DNA of 11,623 nucleotides from Oopsacas minuta. Taxonomy: Eukaryota > Animalia > Porifera. The DNA is taken from contig JAKMXF010000161.1 in assembly GCA_024704765.1 (NCBI GenBank), positions 1 to 11,623 on the forward strand. The letters run 5' to 3'. Positions within the stretch are counted from its first letter, which is position 1. Each line of letters begins with the position of its first letter. Positions 8,872 through 11,623 of this stretch are shown one piece after another. Below the pieces are notes generated by a model, which was not told the DNA's origin, did no database searches, and saw only the letters and a list, made by a program, of their open reading frames with translations. The translations under genes and the position numbers were made by a program.

Positions 8872-9102
8872 TATATCAATAGCTAATTCTAAAAAGTAAT
8901 AACTCTATTATGAGATTAAAAGTGTCGTAGACTATTATCATACAACAGCACAAACCCATCCATGTTAAGGTAAACTAAGGTGACTACAGTGCTTTAGTGT
9001 ATTAGAATGCTATGCAATGGCCTATTTCAATCCCAATTAAATCGAACGATAGATAGTGGACTTAGTACTGATATCATTTGATGCATACTTCATTATGTAT
9101 AA

Positions 9103-9709
9103 CGAGCGCGCTACGCGAGTTGTTATCCACTCTATATTTGTACTCGGGCCTTCGGCCCTCGGTAAGTGGGAAAGTTACATCTGACAATTGAAATTTAAGA
9201 AACTTACGTTACAACTAAAAAAGTTGTCACGTGATGTTGGCATTAATAAAATCGGAATCTGTTCCAATTACATCCAATTACCCTAGTAAAACTGTTGAAA
9301 CCACGTTCTTGGATAATTTTGAAATTTGTTTACATTTTAGTGGTAAACAACAACAAATATTTATCATATTTTGTTGACAATATCATATTCGGAATCAGCG
9401 TACCCGATTACCCCAATAGAACCGTTGAAAGCAACTCTCTACGATCATTTTGGTATACAGTATATTTTGTTTACTATATATTCCTATAAACAACAATAAA
9501 TTTACATATGACAAATTCAAAACTGCGAAATTCGGATTCAGCATACTCGATATGTTTTAGTCAAGTTTTATTAAAATTGTTTACTTTCTTGATAAACATC
9601 GCAGATAAAGAGATGTACAACATTTTCAATAGTTTTCTATTCCCCTATTATCTTATTACAAACCGGACAAACAAACAAACAAACAAACAAACAAACAAAC
9701 AAACACATA

Positions 9710-9789
<80 letters not shown>

Positions 9790-9815
9790 TAGATGTCCAT
9801 TTATCTCAAGATAGA
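9103..9815 (-). mobile_element. Non-autonomous Helitron carrying microsatellites, same family as 4600-4889
   Basis: Minus strand A|TCTATCTT...GTAGCGCGCTCG|T aligns end to end with the first copy (TCTATATT...GTAGCTCGCTAG|T). GGGCC-TTC-GGCCC hairpin. Shared ~44-bp internal block at ~9371-9414 and a second degenerate copy of that module at ~9250-9318. Confidence 0.75.
9667..9787 (+). repeat. Compound microsatellite (ACAA)~9 + (AC)~38
   Basis: ACAA run 9667-9704, ACATAG spacer, AC run 9711-9786. Sits inside the Helitron 5' region. Confidence 0.97.
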
Positions 9816-9840
9816 TGGACACAAATGGCTATTTATCCTT

Positions 9841-9841
9841 N
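9841..9841. other. Assembly gap (single N)
   Basis: N at 9841 between the Helitron/microsatellite and the minisatellite region. Confidence 0.7.
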
Positions 9842-9842
9842 G

Positions 9843-9981
9843 GTTCAGTATCAATACTTCCATGTTTCGAAATTAGTAATTCATTCAATAACATTTGTAT
9901 AGTTCAGCGTCAAAATTCCTGTGATGCCAAATTTAAAATTGATTCGAAAATATTTGTATCGTTCAGTATCAAAATTCCCAT
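9843..9981 (+). repeat. Degenerate 59-bp tandem repeat (~2.4 units)
   Basis: GTTCAGYRTCAA heads at 9843, 9902 and 9961 (exact 59-bp period). Units also share ATTTGTAT tails. Confidence 0.7.
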
Positions 9982-10156
9982 ATGAATATAGAATTTACAT
10001 AAATGAATATAGAATTTACATACATGAATATAGAATTTACATACATGAATATAGAATTTACATACATGAGTATAGAATTTACATAAATGAATATAGAATT
10101 TACATACATGAGTATAGAATTTACATAAATGAATATAGAATTCACATAAATGAATA
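9982..10156 (+). repeat. 21-bp minisatellite ATGARTATAGAATTTACATAM x8.3
   Basis: Eight full units counted at 9982-10149 plus a 7-nt partial unit. Confidence 0.97.
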
Positions 10157-10579
10157 AAATACACAATAAATATGGAATTTCGAATCTTGACACGCCGGAC
10201 ACTTCCAACTGACACCTGAATAATCCTCTGATTCATCTAAATTTATACAAATAACATAATACCACTTGGTCTCAAAACATTACACATATATCCCAACACC
10301 AAAAGCTGTGAAAATATGATTAATCATATGATAAATCAGTGTATATATATTTAATAGAATGTATTCACCAATATAATTACAGTCTACTTCAATACAAATA
10401 CATTACAGTGCTAATTAAATTACAAACACTCCATCAGAACTAATTTTATGCATTTATGCCTAATTGTAAAACCATACAATCTGATTGGGCTAAAATACAG
10501 AGGTGTCAAAGGTGTGAAAATATAAACATTAGAAATTTTCATATGTCAGGTGCTACGATCACACATGCCAAGTTAACGT

Positions 10580-11357
10580 ATTTTGAAACATGAGGTCTAG
10601 CATTATCGTGGAAAAGTTTGATTCCTTGAGTTCCTGTAGGCGGACGTCGTGTGTTATAGACTTTCTCGACTTCTCTCAGACATTTATCTGCGTAAAATTC
10701 TACATTGAGTCGTTCTCCTTTAGGCAAAGGTATTTGAGCCACTGGCCCATACGCATTACAAATATGCTGTAGCGTCTCTGAAGTGCGGACGTGCCTTTTC
10801 TGGGGGATAGAACCTTTTGGGAGCCACGATTTGCTTTGTTCCTTACGCAGAGGTTCAGAAAATTTAATCCAAGTTTCGTCACCAGTAACGATTTCATATA
10901 ATCTTCGAGAATCACAATCTCTATATTCTTTAAGCAATTTTTTCGAGCATGAAACCCTCTTCTCCTTTTGCCCCTTTGTGAAGATTTTTGGTATCCATCA
11001 CGCTGAAATCTTTCGATGTTCGAGATAATCGTGTAGAATTGTATGAACACTTCCCGATGAAGTGTCCAGGATTAGGGCAATCTCTTCAACGCTCAAATGG
11101 GGGTCAATATCCAATAGTTCCAGAATTTCAGGGGTGGTAGCGGAAATTGGTCATCCGGTCCGAGGGGCATCTTCAATGCTGCCCCTACCAGCCTTTAATT
11201 TACGTGCCCAATCCTTTACAGTGGGATACGCTAGAGCTTCCCCATGATAAACGGTGACTAGATCCTCATGTATCTGGAAAGGTTTGTCGCCGAGTACGGT
11301 ACGAATCTTTATGTAAGCTCGTTGTTCGGTTTTGCTTGATATGTGTTTTGAAGCCAT
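10580..11357 (-). pseudogene. Mariner (Mos1/SETMAR-like) transposase, 3'-truncated
   Basis: One reading frame from ATG 11357: HTH region (EQRAYIK...IHEDL...YPTVKDW...EDAPRTG*P), second HTH, SA*WIPK, IVTGDETW, HDNARPH. In-frame TGA stops at 11151-11153 and 10998-11000. Homology is lost after PHVSK, so the third catalytic Asp and clear TIRs are missing. Confidence 0.92.
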
Positions 11358-11485
11358 GAAAAAATTGACTCTCGAAAATAGGTAAATTGAAAGTAGGATA
11401 GATCAAGTGATATAGTAGATAGAGTGAATTCCTCAACAGCATTAAATAGGTAATCGATATGACTATTAGGGCATACCTGAGTTGT

Positions 11486-11515
11486 GTAATACGTCTTTCA
11501 AATAAGACGTAATAC
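11486..11515. other. 12-6-12 imperfect palindrome (candidate tyrosine-recombinase core site)
   Basis: GTAATACGTCTT-TCAAAT-AAGACGTAATAC: arms are 11/12 complementary around an asymmetric 6-bp spacer. The structure is certain, the function is inferred. Confidence 0.4.
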
Positions 11516-11623
11516 GTATAATACGGATTATACGTTCAATCTACAATTTTAGTGACGTAACTTCTATTAGGCTAATTTCTGCAATAAATATTTTGCATTA
11601 AAACAGAAGTTCTCGAATTGTTA
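11502..11623 (+). repeat. 122-bp direct repeat, copy 2 (runs to window end)
   Basis: Identical to 1808-1929. Offset 9694 bp. Confidence 0.95.

Noticed and set aside
9295-9822. ORFs 9295-9489, 9508-9792 and 9637-9822 (HT/CV repeats)
   Set aside because: Products of Helitron sequence and microsatellites.
9843-9981. GTTCAG-headed repeats at 59-bp spacing as a mini CRISPR
   Set aside because: Intervening sequences resemble each other (tandem repeat), only ~2.4 units, and no cas genes.
9910-10236. Three ORFs with 7-aa periodicity
   Set aside because: Open only because the 21-bp minisatellite lacks stops in those frames.
10219-10540. AT-rich segment with CTGATTGG and two GTGAAAATAT motifs; possible repeat end or mariner 3' TIR (TACAGAGGTGTC at ~10496)
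   Set aside because: No matching inverted copy at the mariner 5' side and no definable boundaries or TSD.
10590-11247. Plus-strand ORFs 10590-10772, 10783-11028, 11062-11247 and minus-strand ORF 10700-11050
   Set aside because: Antisense or alternate frames of the mariner pseudogene.

Overview
AT-rich eukaryotic (probably invertebrate; inferred, not verified) scaffold piece with two single-N gaps (1807, 9841). It holds two long intact, intronless minus-strand ORFs among decayed DNA transposons. (1) A tyrosine recombinase, 6..>1805, whose frame stays open from the annotated ATG at 1571 up to the gap, with a recognisable R-K-(x)xxR-H-Y catalytic set. (2) A 542-aa protein, 7243..8871, fusing a PD-(D/E)xK-like restriction-endonuclease-fold region to an atypical kinase, reminiscent of Crinkler/CR-type REase-kinase effectors. 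Between and around them lie an internally deleted MULE, a Tc1/mariner-type MITE, a hAT relic, a hAT MITE with a perfect 8-bp TSD, two related non-autonomous Helitrons, a truncated mariner and several tandem repeats. The most intriguing structure: an identical 122-bp sequence at 1808-1929 and 11502-11623 brackets a ~9.7-kb segment containing the REase-kinase gene. At the right copy it completes a 12-6-12 imperfect palindrome with the geometry of a tyrosine-recombinase core site. This may be a recombinase-mobilised cargo element or circle/tandem unit, but an assembly overlap is an equally serious explanation because both copies abut a gap or the window end.
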